Source: Balanoglossus misakiensis
Taxonomy: Eukaryota; Animalia; Hemichordata
Assembly: GCA_040954595.2 (NCBI GenBank)
Contig: CM082597.2
Span: 3,805,924 to 3,869,923, forward strand
DNA length: 64,000 bases
Direction: 5' to 3'
Position 1 is the stretch's first letter; every line of letters starts with the position of its first letter. The notes beneath the pieces are model-generated. The model worked only from the letters and a program-made list of their open reading frames with translations, was not told the DNA's origin and ran no database searches. Below, in pieces: positions 23,368 to 48,082 of the stretch. The position numbers and the translations under genes were made by a program.

Positions 23368-24400
23368 TTTCGCTGACGATCCTACTGGCTCAAATCACAA
23401 CACCAGACTTGGCCAAAAAAGTTCCCCAGCGGAAAGAATCGAGACAGCGAGTGTATTCACCAATCATCCTCCCACTGAAATCAACATCGTTTTAATTATG
23501 CGCTACACAATTATCAATCTTTGTCAGTTGCAATTCGAAAAAAAACCGATGCGACTATCACTTTAATCTTATTTGTGATTATATGAAGAAAACCTCAATG
23601 AAGATACACCATTCTCATAGGTTTTTTTTTTCATTGCCGAGGGTAAACAGATAATAAACATAATAGCTTGGTCGAGGGCGCTCCGCGTCACTGACAACTT
23701 GAAAGCCGATACACCCAACATCGCTCAATATAAACATTTAAAGATTCTTTATCACCAGAATCACTTGAAGTTGAAGAGGGCAACCATGCAGTAAACAGTA
23801 AACAATTTACTAGAAAAATATAATAAATTGAGCAATTATATGAAGCGAAATTTCACTTGAAAATGGCTCCCAACTTTATGCATGAAACTGACAACTGACT
23901 TGACCAACTTTTCTAACTAAAGTTCTCTGAAGTATCATTTTCGTCATCTACCACCAATATATTTTTTCACCCAAACCACTCTTGGCATGGTTTTATTAAA
24001 TGGAAGTGGAACAATTAATTTACAAGGAAAGAATTTCCACTTGATTTGTCAAAAATAAGCATTAGACCACAAGGGCGTCATCATATATGTTCATTTCATG
24101 TACATTTCAAGATGACGTCTACTATGTTAACTTTGTCGGCGATGAGGGCGCCATCATATGTTCGTTTCAATGTACATTTCAAGATGTCTGCCTCCATGTG
24201 ATCAACGCGACCCGGTGTTGGTGTGTGGTAACGTGCTTTAGTGATCAGTAAGTAGCCGATTTGAGGTAGTGGTTTTTAGGGTCAAAGCGCTCCTTCGTCA
24301 AGCTGCTGATGTTGTTGCACACGATTTTACACAATTTTCTTGACTTGATCACAGCGCATATAATTTTTCAGCAGACATATATATCAACAAGAAGACATCG

Positions 24401-26700
24401 ATGGAGGTGTGTAATAAACTACGCGTTCTGCGGAGGGTACCTTCGATACAGAAGGCACAACTTCGTCACTACAAACCAGCTAAAATAGAAGAAATCAGAA
24501 CCAGAAAAATACGGAATCCAAGTGTTTCTACGTTGAATGCAAGGTGAGATCTAGACACAGCATTTGACATACTTCCTTGACATAATCCTGTGTCAGCTCT
24601 GTGTGCGACCAGAATGTGTTTTTTGAGTGAATTACTCACATTTATATGTCTGTTCCCAGGATAATCGGCGTTGAACAAAAACGAGAGAAGACGGTACTCG
24701 ATAACCCTTTGAAATCCAAACCATGGCCGATAGAGGAACACCCACTGTACAAAGAGGAGCCGTGTTATTTCTTCCAGCAGGGGACAAGACTACTGGAAGG
24801 AGTCAAACAGGCACTTTATTTATCAAAGTCTAAACTGATGGCTGAGGAGGTAAATTATACTATTCAGAACAGAATCTGGAACACCTATAGTCATAAGTTC
24901 AGTTATGAATGCATGCATGCATAAACACATACAAAATAGTACTTACATATGTATACATGCTATAGATATGTACATACATACTAAAGTATGGCTACATAGA
25001 TAAATAGAATTACGTACATTTCAGATGCCGTCGAGATTACAACACTTGGCAGAGACAGTGCAAATCCCAAACCAGGAAGAGGAGATATTCCGGTCTGTGC
25101 AGAAGTCGCGTCTGTTCGATGAAACGGTCCTCAGGACGCCTTGGCGGAAGAGGAAAAGATGGACACCGCCGGAAAGATTCAGGTCTGTGCTTAGTTGATT
25201 GGCCAATCATGGAAATAATATTATGGTACAGCATCCATGATTGATTAATCGTGGAAATAATACTATGGTATACCATCCATGATTGGCTAATGATGGAACT
25301 TATAATACAGTATGGCATCACTTATTGGCTAATCATGGAAATAATATTATGGTACAGCATCCATGATTGGCTAATGATGGAACTTGTATAACAGTATCAT
25401 GGATATAATATTATATTAAAGCATCCCAAATTTATTTATAATACTTATTTCATTTTCACTTTCTTTACCTATAGTTTCACTCAGTTGAACAGTTTCATTC
25501 ATATGTGTGGACGACTCACACCACAGTATCCCAAACTGATGGAGAGAGCCATAGTGAATGACTTCGCACTCGTGGCACCATATTACAGGGGTAAGTTTAT
25601 ACCGTGTGTGTTTTGTGGTTGAAACCAGATTAGAAAAATAATAATAACGAGTTCAAAGCTGTCTTCGCATTTTCCAGGCAAAGAGCGTATCCAGATCGGG
25701 GGAAGAACGGGCTCGGTCATCACTTCCAAGCTGTCGCTGTTGCCATTGGCAACAGATGAAGAAATCCAGGAGACGGCATCCCATGAGCTGGAGTCGCTGC
25801 ATCCGATTGCACACACCATTGATTTAACACCGTTGCATCACTACAAAGATGATTATGTGTCAACAGGTAAAAAAAGTAGTTGTCTTTTAAATTTTCAGTC
25901 TTTCAGTTCGCTTTTTTCAAACTTGACCTTTGCATCATGAATTTGAACTCAAAGGGAGGTCAATGGCTAGTATATGACATGTCATGTCTTTTAACCACAA
26001 ACTGTTGTCTCGTCGATTTTCTACAGGCCTGGCTGATGGCTACCCCTTTCCACACGCACATCTCTTGATGGTCCTAAACACAGAGGGCTGGTTGTCACAA
26101 CATCTCGATGCCAAGTTGATACTCTTTGCTTTTGGCAACTGTCTAGCCAGGGCAAAGCTACAATATGGCATACATGTACGAAGTTACATTATAATTCTTC
26201 TACAGAAACCTGTGCAGTTCTGTCATACATAGTTTGAGTGTGCACAGTTCAATACAATAAGTATGCAAATGAGACATGGAGTCCCTCCATAGACCAATAA
26301 GCATGTGTCTCAATATGCAAAGTACAATATGCATGCAAATGAGGGCACAGAATCGCAGTATGGCTGTCGTACATCGTTTGGTCCACATCTACCATTCCAT
26401 GTACTAATTAATACTCAACTTTTTTCAAATAAAATCTTACAGAATGAAGATGTTGATCTGGATGTTCCCATAGTAACACATGCTGTTGGCACCAACGGAA
26501 GACGATGGTCGTTTGTGAGCTTCCAGCTGAACACTTTGAAATTGCGAGAAAATGAGGGAATTAAGAACATGGTGTGGCTGGAGAGTGACCAGTTGTTGTA
26601 TTGGACGATTACAAGGAAAGACAAGAGAATTGCCGGAATAAGACCGAATCTTTTCGGTAAATTCCTAGCCCACTATCTGGATGGTGGTGTGTCCGTGTAA
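24401..26700 (+). CDS. MRPL37: 39S mitochondrial ribosomal protein L37 (mL37); 7 exons
   Basis: Exons: 24401-24543, 24660-24849, 25025-25182, 25475-25590, 25678-25866, 26027-26175, 26443-26700. Motifs [58 protein letters not shown] and [15 protein letters not shown] match MRPL37. The basic N-terminus resembles a mitochondrial presequence. Confidence 0.92.
25192..25400. repeat. ~42-bp degenerate minisatellite (~5 copies) in an MRPL37 intron
   Basis: Variants of GATTGGCTAATCATGGAAATAATATTATGGTACAGCATCCAT repeated. Confidence 0.8.
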
Positions 26701-29031
26701 AATGGTGCTGTGATAAACCCAGGAGTTGAAGAGTGTTGATTTTAGCTATGGTGGTCGTTCCACTCAGAATTTCAAAAGACTAGTGAAGTTTAGATAGTTA
26801 AAAGGGACAACTGATTTGTCAGATTTCTGTAACAGCAACCGTGCTTATCACACATTCTGTGATAACATAGTTTATAAAACACATCAGACATTATGTTGAT
26901 TTGTAACAACTTCACAAACACTGACAGAAATGTGACAAATACCTAATATGGTAGTAAAAAAATATTCCAAAATGGAATATTATTTTGTAACAATGATCGG
27001 ATTACAATGTCACCTGCAGTAGTTTAATAAAATAACTTTTTTTGTGTGAAAAACTATCACTGGGGGTGCTATTTTACTCCAGTGGAAAATTCCTTTGCGT
27101 TTGCCCACATGAAATGAAACTGAATTCATTACAGAACCAATCAGTCAACGTGGTACAGGGTGGCGAGTATACTGAAGTCAGCTGTGGTAAATTCTCAAAA
27201 TACAGGCCTTATCATTCTGTCAACAAACGTTTTGAAAAATACAAAAAGCTTCACATACATGCATACACACTGAGATCAAGAAAACGGACTCGATATACAG
27301 TGGGTACATAGTTACGACTATTTAATGCACTGTTGTACTTTTTTCCTTGAAACATAAAACTTAGAGGAAAAGTAAGATCTCACGGCTAATCTACATACAC
27401 TGAATAAACAGAAGAGGTCAAAGGTCAAAACTTCACAGGGGGGGATTATCAACATCACAGTTGTTAACTAATGAAGCCTTTACAAGAATCCAAAGTATTA
27501 AACTTGAATTTATCTAGAAGTGCGTCTTTTTTTTTTTAGTCTTCCTAATTTGTCGTCTTCACTGTACACGGTTCAATTAAAAGATAATAATCATTAAAAA
27601 CCCACGATCATTTTTTTTGGTCTAAAAACAGGGAATACAGAAGAGAGTTGGTGTTTTCTCTTCTCCAATTAAAAGACGGGCAGCGGTATATTTTGTAAAC
27701 AAAAACAAAAGAGAGATGGGTACCCCATCCCAGAAGATTCCAACTCTCTCGTGAACTGTGTCAAATTCCCTGAATGTTCCAAAAGTTTGTGTATGTGTGT
27801 GTGCGTGTGTGTTTTTGTGAGTGACGTAGTAAAGAAAATGAAAAATAAATTCTGCATTACATTCTATTATACATGCGTCGTGGCCCTGGAAATCATCACA
27901 ATTTTGATCATGTATATACTATATGGAGCACGAAAAAATGTACAACTACCACATTCGTTACGAATCCCCCCAATCCCCACCCTCAATTTACACCCTGCCC
28001 ACCCCTATTTGAAAGTTGAATGCGTGGGTATAATGGTCCGTTCCCATCCCACAAGCAGGGGGTGCCACCCCGGAGTGCATGCCACTGAGCTCAACAGCTG
28101 CGAATACGACTAGAATAGGCAGACTGCAGCATTGGTCATTTTGAATTTGGTGCACGAAATCTCATGAACTGTGAAATCCCCTTTATAAAAAAAAAAGTAC
28201 AACTCAATTTTTTCTTGCATTTTCATTATCCATACTGAATATTTCATGAAAATATTGCTACAGATTAAACATTTTATATTACATCGTGGAACGCAATCAA
28301 ACGGAAATTTCATCACCCTCACAGAAGAGATTTCACAGTTCATGGCTCATCAACAAAAAAGGCATGGTGGCTGTGCTAAAGAAACTTAAAAAAAAAAACA
28401 TAACCAACTTAATTTTTTATTTTTAAAAAAGCCCTGACATTTGTAACCATCAAACGAAAGTTATTTCCTCTCAAGAGAGCGACAATTTCTTTTAAAATAA
28501 TAGAGTAGCTCAAACTTGTATTTAACCAGAACAGAGAAACAGAGTGTGAAAAAAAATACTACAGCAAACTGCCATACTACACGAACATTGGTGGAGTAAA
28601 GAGGACTCTTACAAACAAACAAGATGGCGTCAGAAAATAAGAACGATCATAGACAGATCCCACATCGAGCTATATACTACCCATTCAATACACGACAGTT
28701 TGCTAAGTTCCCCTAAAATTCTAGTACAGTTCAGTTCTCAAGTAAAATACAAGTTTTTCCCCTTTGTTTTGCAAGATTTTTTTTGTATATCTACAGAAGA
28801 GTTCATTGTCTGTGTGTCTAGGGAGACTTCATTATTTTCTTGGTCACCCTAGGGAGCCTTCTTCTTCACAGTTCGTTCTTCAGTCAATTGTAGCAATTAT
28901 ACGAATACATAATAAGTCCATTGAATACACAAGTCTTTTTTCTCTGTTTCAATTCCCACACTTTGTGTCATGTGATTATTCAATGGAAAATACAAAGTTC
29001 CCCCGCAGATTGGGCGTCTGCGGCGCGTTCG

Positions 29032-39520
<10,489 letters not shown>

Positions 39521-41038
39521 ACTGTATTTTGCGAATTTTTTCTGATTTTTCCAGCTTCGTTTTGGGCGATCAACAGCTTACATCGTAGGCTTGATCCTGG
39601 TGTCTTTTACGAATTCCGCCTCGGTAAAGGCAAACACAATTTTGCTAAGCAGTGCACTGAGTTCCAAAGCAAAATTCTCCCGATACAATACCATAAATTC
39701 TCCGGATGGTACACACTTGGAACCTTTAAAAACCAAGAGTTAGTATTGTGTATATTTTGTGAAGATCGGAGTGAAACTCCAGTTATTTTGACCAGGAAAT
39801 CACAGTATTGATGGGTGTTTGGACTGAGTTTCTCGTTGCCAATCGCTGTCAACTACTGCACAATACTCGTATAACGATTATCTTCGGGTATCTTCGGCGT
39901 GGGTCCGGAAATTCTATTGACCAATGAAATCTCGGCTTGGCTGTTCCGAGTTTGGTCGATAGGTGTCGATTGTTGCTCGGGAGAAAAACATCGATTTCCC
40001 ACAGACTCGACCTACGCGATATTCCATGACGTCACCATTGACGGGGTCACGAGAAAGGACGTAAACTGGTGACGTACAACACCAGAATTATACTTGTGAG
40101 AGTGAGAGGGGGGCCATACTCTATGGAATCAGTGGAGGTACTTGCTTTCAGTTGAAATTTTCATTTTACTGACTGGATTTTCAGGCGGGAATCGAGGATC
40201 GATGGAAGGACGTTATATCGGCGGTGGTAAATGGCCCAATCTGTGGCAAATTTGCGCCCGCGATCCAAAGTTTATTTGATACGCAGGCGTCGCTGAGCGT
40301 GTTGAGTTTCGGTTTTCTGTCCTGGTTAATCAATATTGGGCATGCGCACTACTGCTTCTCTTTCTCTCTTTCTCTCATTCATCTTGCCATGTGCACGCAT
40401 TTATATCTGTGAAGTTTTCGTTCTGATCGATGGGTCATTTCACTCCAAGACGTCATAATACGCAAACCCACTCAAAGCATGAAACTACCACTGTGATGTT
40501 CTGCCTTTGAACTTTTTTTTGTTATTTGTATACGTTTACCCAAAACAAAGTTGTAGGTTTCATTTTTAGGCAGACAACATTCATGGTTCAGTTGATGAAA
40601 GTGTTTAAAACGACATGGAGACACATTTTCAGATCAGCAGATGTACCATAGAAGATATATTCTATTTACCAGTGAAAATGAAGTACATGTATTCTGCATG
40701 GGTTCACTTCATCGTGTGTATTTGGCCAAAAATGCCCTGGTGCATGCTGGGACCCCTGCCAGGCAATAATGACAGCGCCCTCAAGCGATGGCTGTGTATA
40801 GTTTACTTCAATTGTTTTTTTTTTTTTTGCCACCACCAACTCACTACCCATTTTGTAGGAGAGCTGTATAAATATAATAGGTTTTGATTATGTGTGAATA
40901 ATGAATACAAAGTTGACTTTTCTCTTTTTTTTACGAGATACATTGTAATGAAATCCTTATCTTTTTTCTATCATAATCTTGTTTCTAACTTTTCGACTTG
41001 CTCATGCTTTCATTGCAGCCAAGTGTGAAATAGGAGAG

Positions 41039-43776
41039 ATGGCATCACCACCAGAGCTACGGCGGTCGAAACGACAGCGGACATCGACCGTGAAGAGATA
41101 CACCGATGATAGCTGTACAACTCAAAATCTGCATTGGAAAAGCAAGGACAAGCAATTGCTGCTGGAAGCATTGAAAAGGTGATGCCTGTGTAAGAAGATG
41201 GTGTATTGGTCAGTGGGAGTGTGTATGGTGTAAGACTGTTTCTGATTGGCTGAGTGAGATTTGACTGGACCAGTCAGAGTACGTGGTGTATTGTGTTTTG
41301 AGAACACTGTTTCTGATTGGCTGAGAGAGATTTGAATGGACCAGTCAGAGTACACGATGTATTGTGTATTGATAACACCTCACTGTAGATACAAGGCAAT
41401 ACTAACTCATCAAATCTGTTGTTGTTTTTTCCCTTGTGTGTTTAGGATCAAAGACCATGACAACTATTTGCGCATCTCCAGGTACATGAAGACAAAGTCA
41501 GCGCAGGAAGTGGAGGCGTACATGGAGCTGATGAGACGGAAAGCCCGAAGTGAGTTTCACATTTTGGTTAAAATAGATATGCAAGATATCCATTTGCAAG
41601 TTGTGCTTGATCAAGCAAAATGATTGTCAGTCTATATGGCAAATATACAAGCCATGTTAATACTTAAAGGCTTTACCAAATTTACCAAAGCACCATTTTG
41701 AACAGATAGTAAGCTTTCTCTGAAGTGGTTTCCGTTCTTTTCTGATTTCAGTGGAAGCTGTCACAAACCCTGATGGTGTGCTGAGTCAAGACCCACTGCA
41801 AGTACGCCAGTAATTTATTTTGACAAAACTTACAGTATTTAGGTTTCTTAGTGATATAAACCTTGAGAGCTGATAATTTCTGAGTGTCTCCAAACCACAA
41901 CAACTACTGTCTTCCTTAGTATTCAGAATTCCATGACCAAATTCAAGTTATAATGCAAGTTTCTTTTCGCTTGCCTTGCCAGAAATGGTTTGCTGTGTCA
42001 AATGAACTGACCAAGTTAAAGCCAATGGACCACTCTCTTGAGTTAGCCAAGGTTAGTATGTTGTATTATGCTATACATACAAGCTCGGCACTAGTGTACC
42101 GCCCTCTACAGGCTAACTTTGTCGAATTTTCTCTCGACCAGGTGTTCACGCTGGCCCACCTGGAGGAAGAAAAACCAGCGTCCGGGGAGTTGTTCCTTGA
42201 GAACACTTCACTGACCCCGCCCGATTTCTCCAAGATCTACATGTGCTTGAGTGATCTGCATATTGGGAGGGAAACGGCTATCTCTATGCTGTCTCCAACA
42301 GGTAACATTATATATGTATGTATGTATGTATGTATGTACAATGATGTATGTATGTATGTACAATGTATGTACAATGTATGTATGTATGTACAATGTATGT
42401 ACAATGTATGTATGTATGTATGTACAATGTATGTACAATGTATGTATGTATGTACAATGTATGTACAATGTATGTATGTACAATGTATGTATGTATGTAC
42501 AATGTATGTACAATGTATGTATGTACAATGTATGTATGTATGTACAATGTATGTACAATGTATGTATGTATGTATGTATGTATTTCCATCGATTATAGAC
42601 CTCTTTTCACGAAGGTTGAGTCAAAACTGAAATTTTTACTGAAGTACATTTGATTGAATTAACGGACATTGTAAGTCACTGAAAATCATTGGCCATCACC
42701 TCATCGTTCTATCCACAGAAGCCTGGATCCTTCAGGATATCCTGCAGACCCTGGAATCGCAAATCAAGCAAGCTGACACCAGCGAACACAAGGAGTTCAT
42801 GCAGAACAGATACCAATGGCTGATGTGCAAGCTGTATGCTGGCAACCCGGACATGGAGCTGGACGCAAGTGTAGCTAATGAACATATGGGTCAGTCATGT
42901 GATGTCATTAATGCAAATTTATGCACGACTGGATTCTAGAAAACAAGCAAAATAGTTTTCATCATCATGAAATTGGTACTTCAGATGAATATAGACACGC
43001 TAGAGATTGGTGAAATGTTAATCATTGGGACTTGTTTCGTTTCAGGTATTATTTTGCCATCAGACAGTGCAGGTGTCTCTACAGCTGCGTCATCAGTTGC
43101 AGTCCAGCCTGTCGCAGTCGCAGCATCGGGACCAACCAGCGCTGCAACACCTGCAGCAAGACCTGCTGCAGCAGTAGCACCAATGTCACCACAAGGTCAG
43201 AATCGGCCAAACACTGACTCAACCGGAAAAGAAAGTAATGCAGCGCTTCAAACGGGAACTGCAAACTCGAAGAATAAAAACGCGTCCGGGCAAACCGAAG
43301 CAGCTGCAGCCACGATGCTGTCGCTGTCAGCTGCAGCGGGTGCAGGGACGCAGCAGGATTCGAGCGACAGCTCGCCACAGCAAGAAACTGCTACGACTCA
43401 GAGTACAGCACTGACAGCGACCACCAGCACCACAGATGCAACCTCGGCACCTTGCAGCAACGTCACACCTACGTCAAAAACCCCAACATGTATCCCCTCT
43501 ACAACACCCATCACTGCCGTGAATTCAGCACAGACAACAAGCAAAAGGAAACCACCAGAAAACACCACCTCAATACCGCAGTCTACCTCGGAAACCACCA
43601 GCACAGTGACAGCAACCACTACACCACAAACTGCAACCTCGACTGCAGCGACACCAAAGACAGGCGCGACAACAAAAACAGCAAACACTCGAATTGCAGC
43701 AGGGGGTCATTCAGTCACTGGAACTCTGAACCCCTTCAGTATACCCATACGACTGTTGGACATTTTGCCAAGATGA
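41039..43776 (+). CDS. SNAPC2: snRNA-activating protein complex subunit 2 (SNAP45)-like; 7 exons
   Basis: Exons: 41039-41178, 41446-41549, 41752-41801, 41983-42051, 42142-42301, 42719-42889, 43046-43776. The N-terminal RY..W.SKDKQLL Myb/SANT-like segment, PDFSKIY and C-terminal LNPFSIPIRLL correspond to recalled human SNAPC2 motifs (DFEKIY, LNPFLVPLELL). A long Thr/Ala/Ser low-complexity segment precedes the C-terminus. Confidence 0.8.
42314..42582. repeat. Compound (TATG)n/TACAATG microsatellite
   Basis: Direct reading. Confidence 0.95.
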
Positions 43777-44262
43777 AAAGCAGAATCACTACCATAAAAG
43801 TTATTCGATCAAATCTTGAAGAAATACTTCATCATTAAAAAGTCTGTCAAGTTGAATAAAATACTATAAAAAGCTTGTCGTTTAGTTTGAGTATGTGATG
43901 TTTATAAGATGATATATGCCTCATGGTGCTCAGTGTACCTCTGTACATGTATATAGGAAGTCTTCCTACCGCCTGACCCCTCCAGCTGACCGCCTACTTG
44001 CCTTACTAGTCTAGCAAACCAAGGTAGAAGGTCAGGCGGTAGGAAGAGTTCACCAAAAGAGGGCGCATTTTCTCATCCATTGTTCATAATGTGTAGTGTA
44101 TGAGCAGAGAAGCCTCATTGTTCCGGTTAGAACCGTATCGGTGAGACAAACACAGAAGGGTTGACAGACAACAAATTTATTCAGTTTATATCATATAATT
44201 CTTACTAAAACGTTCCCTGAATAAATCCCTGTGGTATACCCTGCACTGAAAGCACACTCAAT

Positions 44263-45132
44263 ATGGCCGCCTCTGAAATTTCAGCTGCTCTTGATGATTT
44301 AAGGGCCAGATACGTGAAATTGTTGGAATCATTCGACTACGAGGCACTCGAAGAGTTCTACACTGAAGACTGCAAAATTCTACTTCCGGGGAAGAAGATG
44401 CAGACAGGACGAAAAGGTGGGTGATGAGTTTACCGTTTTTCCTTGCCCTGATCACAGGGGGCCTCTGCCCTAATAAAAAGACCTGTTCATGATTACTGAG
44501 ATTATTAAACGTTTAACTGGAACACAGGCGCTTGTAAAGATGCTATTTCAGTTTTTTATTAATTATAAAGTGGATAAAAACGATAAATCAGTAGCTTAGA
44601 CGATCTCCCGAATTTGCGCCAAACGAGCGCTCTCGCTATGTTCGGGCCTAGGCCTATACCCGACTGACACATAAAGAGATGTCTTTTAGAAAGTGAATAC
44701 GTTATAGTGGTTCGGTATTCGAAACAGACGGAAACAACGGTTGGTCTGGATTACAGATAGGCGTTTCACTTGGCCGCAATTAGCCACGGACCATTCTTTC
44801 TACGATAGCAACCGCCTCATTTTGCGAACATTTACACCAGTACGATACTACATGTATACAAGTGTATGTAAGCTTCCATTTTTGTTTCTTCAGCTGCCAT
44901 TGAAGCCTTGAAGTTCATGAAAGCAGCTGGAATCACCAAGTTTATCATCAAACCCGTGGAGATAAGTGGAGGCGGAGATATTGCTTATGAATGTAACGAA
45001 TACACTTTCCTCAAAGATGATGGCACAGTCTTAGATAACGGCAAGGGCCTCCTGGTCTTCAAGAAAGTCAGCGGTGCTTATCGCGTGCACATTGACTGTT
45101 TCAACAGCAACGGCAAAGAAGCCAAGACTTAG
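44263..45132 (+). CDS. NTF2/SnoaL-like (DUF4440/YybH-type) protein, array copy 1 (130 aa)
   Basis: Exons 44263-44416 and 44894-45132 with a phase-1 intron. MAASEISAALDDLRARY..FYTEDCKILLPGKKMQTGRK / ..GGGDIAYECNEYTFLKDDGTVLDNGKGLLVFKKVSGAYRVHIDCFNSN fits the YybH-type pattern (YTEDa..P....GR..I / GD.AYE.G.Y / GKY..V.KK..G.W....D.FN). Confidence 0.85.
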
Positions 45133-45197
45133 AACCGCCACCAACACTGTCACTAGTACTGTTCGGGCCACTAGTACATACATGTAGTTACTATCAC

Positions 45198-45730
45198 ATA
45201 CGTCAAGTACCCTGACATGTATCCCCTCTACAACACCCATCACTGCCGTGAATTCTACACAGACAACAAGCCAAAGGAGACCACCAGAAAACACCACCTC
45301 AATACCGCAGTCTACCTCAGAAACCACCAGCACAGTGACAGCAACCACTACACCACAAACTGCAACCTCGACTGCAGCTACACCAAAGACAGACGCGACA
45401 AAAACAGCAAACACGCGTATTGCAGCAGGGGGTCAATCAGTCACTGGAACTCTCAACCCCTTCAGTATACCCATACGACTGTTGGACATTTTGCCAAGAT
45501 GATTATCCCAGTGACATTGAAAGAAGCCATGCACATTGAAGAATGAGTGAAAAGCAGAATCGTTACCATAAGTTATTTGATCAAATCTTGAAGAAATACT
45601 TCATCATAAAATAGTATGTCAAGTTGAATAAAATACTACATGTATAACAAGCTTGTCGTTTAGTTTGAGTATGTGATGTTTATAAGATGATGTATGCCTC
45701 AGTGTAGCTCTGTATATACTAGGAAGTCTC
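45198..45730 (+). pseudogene. Duplicated 3' fragment of the SNAPC2-like last exon plus 3' UTR
   Basis: Highly similar to 43470-43960. It encodes ...TTSTVTATTTPQTATST...LNPFSIPIRLLDILPR and has no upstream exons. Confidence 0.9.
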
Positions 45731-45891
45731 CCTGTTCCAACGGGGACTGTTGAACAGGTAGCTGTCAATTATTTATGGTGGAATATTTGCAAGGTCACCT
45801 CGGTCACTTGGTAATCGACGCCTACATTATAAAATGACATGGCCAGAGGCCGACCCTGATAAGCTATATCCTGCACTGAAGCACACTCAAA

Positions 45892-46548
45892 ATGGCCGCC
45901 TCTGAAATATCAGCCGCTCTTGATGATTTGAGGGCCAGATACCTGAAATTGTTGGAATCATTCGACTACGAGGCACTCGAAGAGTTCTACACTGAAGACT
46001 GCAAAATTCTACTTCCGGGGAAGAAGATGCAGACAGGACGAAAAGGTGGGTGGCTGAGTTTACCGTTTTTCCTTGTGACCTGATCACAGGGGGACTCTGC
46101 CCTAATAAAAAGACATGTTCATGATTACTGAGATTATTAACCGTTTTATACTGGAACCAGTATTGACTGATCAAGCGCATGAAACAAGTGATAAAACGTT
46201 GTTCTATCGTGTTGTTCTTTCTACGATAGCAACCACCTGTTTTCCAAACATTTACACCAGTACGATACTACATGTATACATGTGTAAGCTTCCATTTTTG
46301 TTTCTTCAGCTGCCATTGAATCCTTGAAGTTGATCAGAGCAGCTGGCATCACCAAGTGTATCATCAAACCCATGGAGATAAGTGGAGGCGGGGATATTGC
46401 TTATGAATGTAACGAATACACTTTCCTCAAAGATGATGGCACAGTCTTAGATAACGGCAAGTGCCTCCTCGTCTTCAAGAAAGTCGGCGGTGCTTATCGC
46501 GTACACATTGACTGTTTCAACAGCAACGGCAAAGAAGCCAAGACTTAG
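45892..46548 (+). CDS. DUF4440/SnoaL-like protein, copy 2
   Basis: Exons 45892-46045 and 46310-46548; near-identical to copy 1. Confidence 0.85.
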
Positions 46549-46801
46549 AACCGCCATCACCACTGTCACTGTCATCGAATATACATAATTACTACATAGT
46601 TACTGTCATGGTATATACATGTTGATCTCTAACTGATACCTTGATATAGGAAGAACTGATTCAGTCAGTGGTTTCGGAACCACATCACTGGAAGATCATC
46701 GATATAGAAACACTTCTTACCATCGACATGTACGTAAATATACAATGAGGAACAGTGAAATGTAGCCTTGTTGGTAAATTTCATAATCTTATGCCGATTA
46801 A

Positions 46802-46886
46802 CCCTTTCACCCCCAATTCCCTCTATACAGGTCCAACCTTACCATGGAAAACGAAGGGTTTGGACTGAACCATGGTGGTGAAAGGG
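46802..46886. mobile_element. piggyBac-like mini-MITE
   Basis: Ends read TTAA|CCCTTTCACC...GGTGAAAGGG|TTAA. A partial left end of the same family lies at ~49537-49580. Confidence 0.75.
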
Positions 46887-47236
46887 TTAACTACCCTAAA
46901 TGAGTCGACCAAGGAATAAACCATCAAAATTTGCGCCTACTGTGTAATATGAAATAAGCCGTGCTGTGATTTATTTTTGGTGTGGGTATAGCCTAGAGAG
47001 AAAAAAGGAACAATGTGACTCCACATTGAAAGTGGGGACAAAGGCATCCATTTCTTTACATTTGGCTGGCATTATTTGATCGAAATTCCCCCCAGCCCTC
47101 ATCCGGAGTGTCAAATGGTCTACCCCTAAGCAATGTTCACAAATTTGCATAGTGTCACCCCCGGGTCATCCATCAGCGACTGCGGGGTTCGACCTCCATA
47201 TCTTGCATATAGGGACATTTAATCGCACACCTCAAA

Positions 47237-48082
47237 ATGGCTGCCTCAGACATAACAGCCGCAATCGACGATTTAAGGGCGAGGTTTCTGAAAGTGTTTG
47301 AATCCGGCGACACCAAGGCCCTCGGAGAATTCTGCACCGAGGATTGCAAATTTCTAATCCCGGGGAAAGCGATGCAGACGGGGCGTAAAGGTTAGTGTGC
47401 ATGGCTTGCAGGTTGAGGCTCTAGATCTATTCCTGGAATATCGACAGTCTATGAATGGATATTGCTTTGTATAGGGGGCCGGGCAGATGAGCGCTAACTG
47501 ATAAAAAAAAAAACGAAGACCAATATGGATTTCACGAGATCATACGTGGGGTGTGTATACTGTGTTTCCATCGGACCGGGCGACATGTGAAGCACCACAG
47601 TTCAAAGGCCGATACTCATAAAAACCAGTAATGTCGACCATTTTACACGAAAACATTAAGTTCTCTCTGGTTCCGTTACCTACAAAATACCCGGAGTTAC
47701 ACATTTTGTATGCAACTATTGTCTTAGAATGAAGCACGCACAGCGCAACAGTGGGAAATCTACATTCATGTGTGATTTGATTTCACAGTCCCTCTTTTTT
47801 ATACACGGACTGTGGATTTATTTGGTTGGCAAATACAGTTACCCTGTCTCTAAACTTTTTGTAACTTCAGCTTTTGTGGAAGCCATGGCGTCGATCGTAG
47901 CCGCTGGCGTCACCAAGGAGATCATCAAACCCGTAGAGATAAGTGGAGGCGGAGATTTTGCCTATGAATGCAATGAATACACGTTGCTCAAAGATGATGG
48001 CACAGTCGTCGATAGCGGCAAGTGCTTGGTGGTTCCCCAGAAACTTTATCACATGGACCATTGTGAAATTCATGATGTCTAA
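47237..48082 (+). pseudogene. DUF4440/SnoaL-like copy 3, 3'-truncated with an unrelated C-terminus
   Basis: Exons 47237-47390 and 47871-48082. Homology stops after GKCLVV; the conserved FKKV.GAY..H.DCFN is replaced by PQKLYHMDHCEIHDV. Confidence 0.6.

Noticed and set aside
42967-43776. Stand-alone mucin-like Thr/Ala-rich gene
   Set aside because: It is the last exon of the SNAPC2-like gene: splice acceptor at 43045 and the conserved LNPF.IP..LL terminus.
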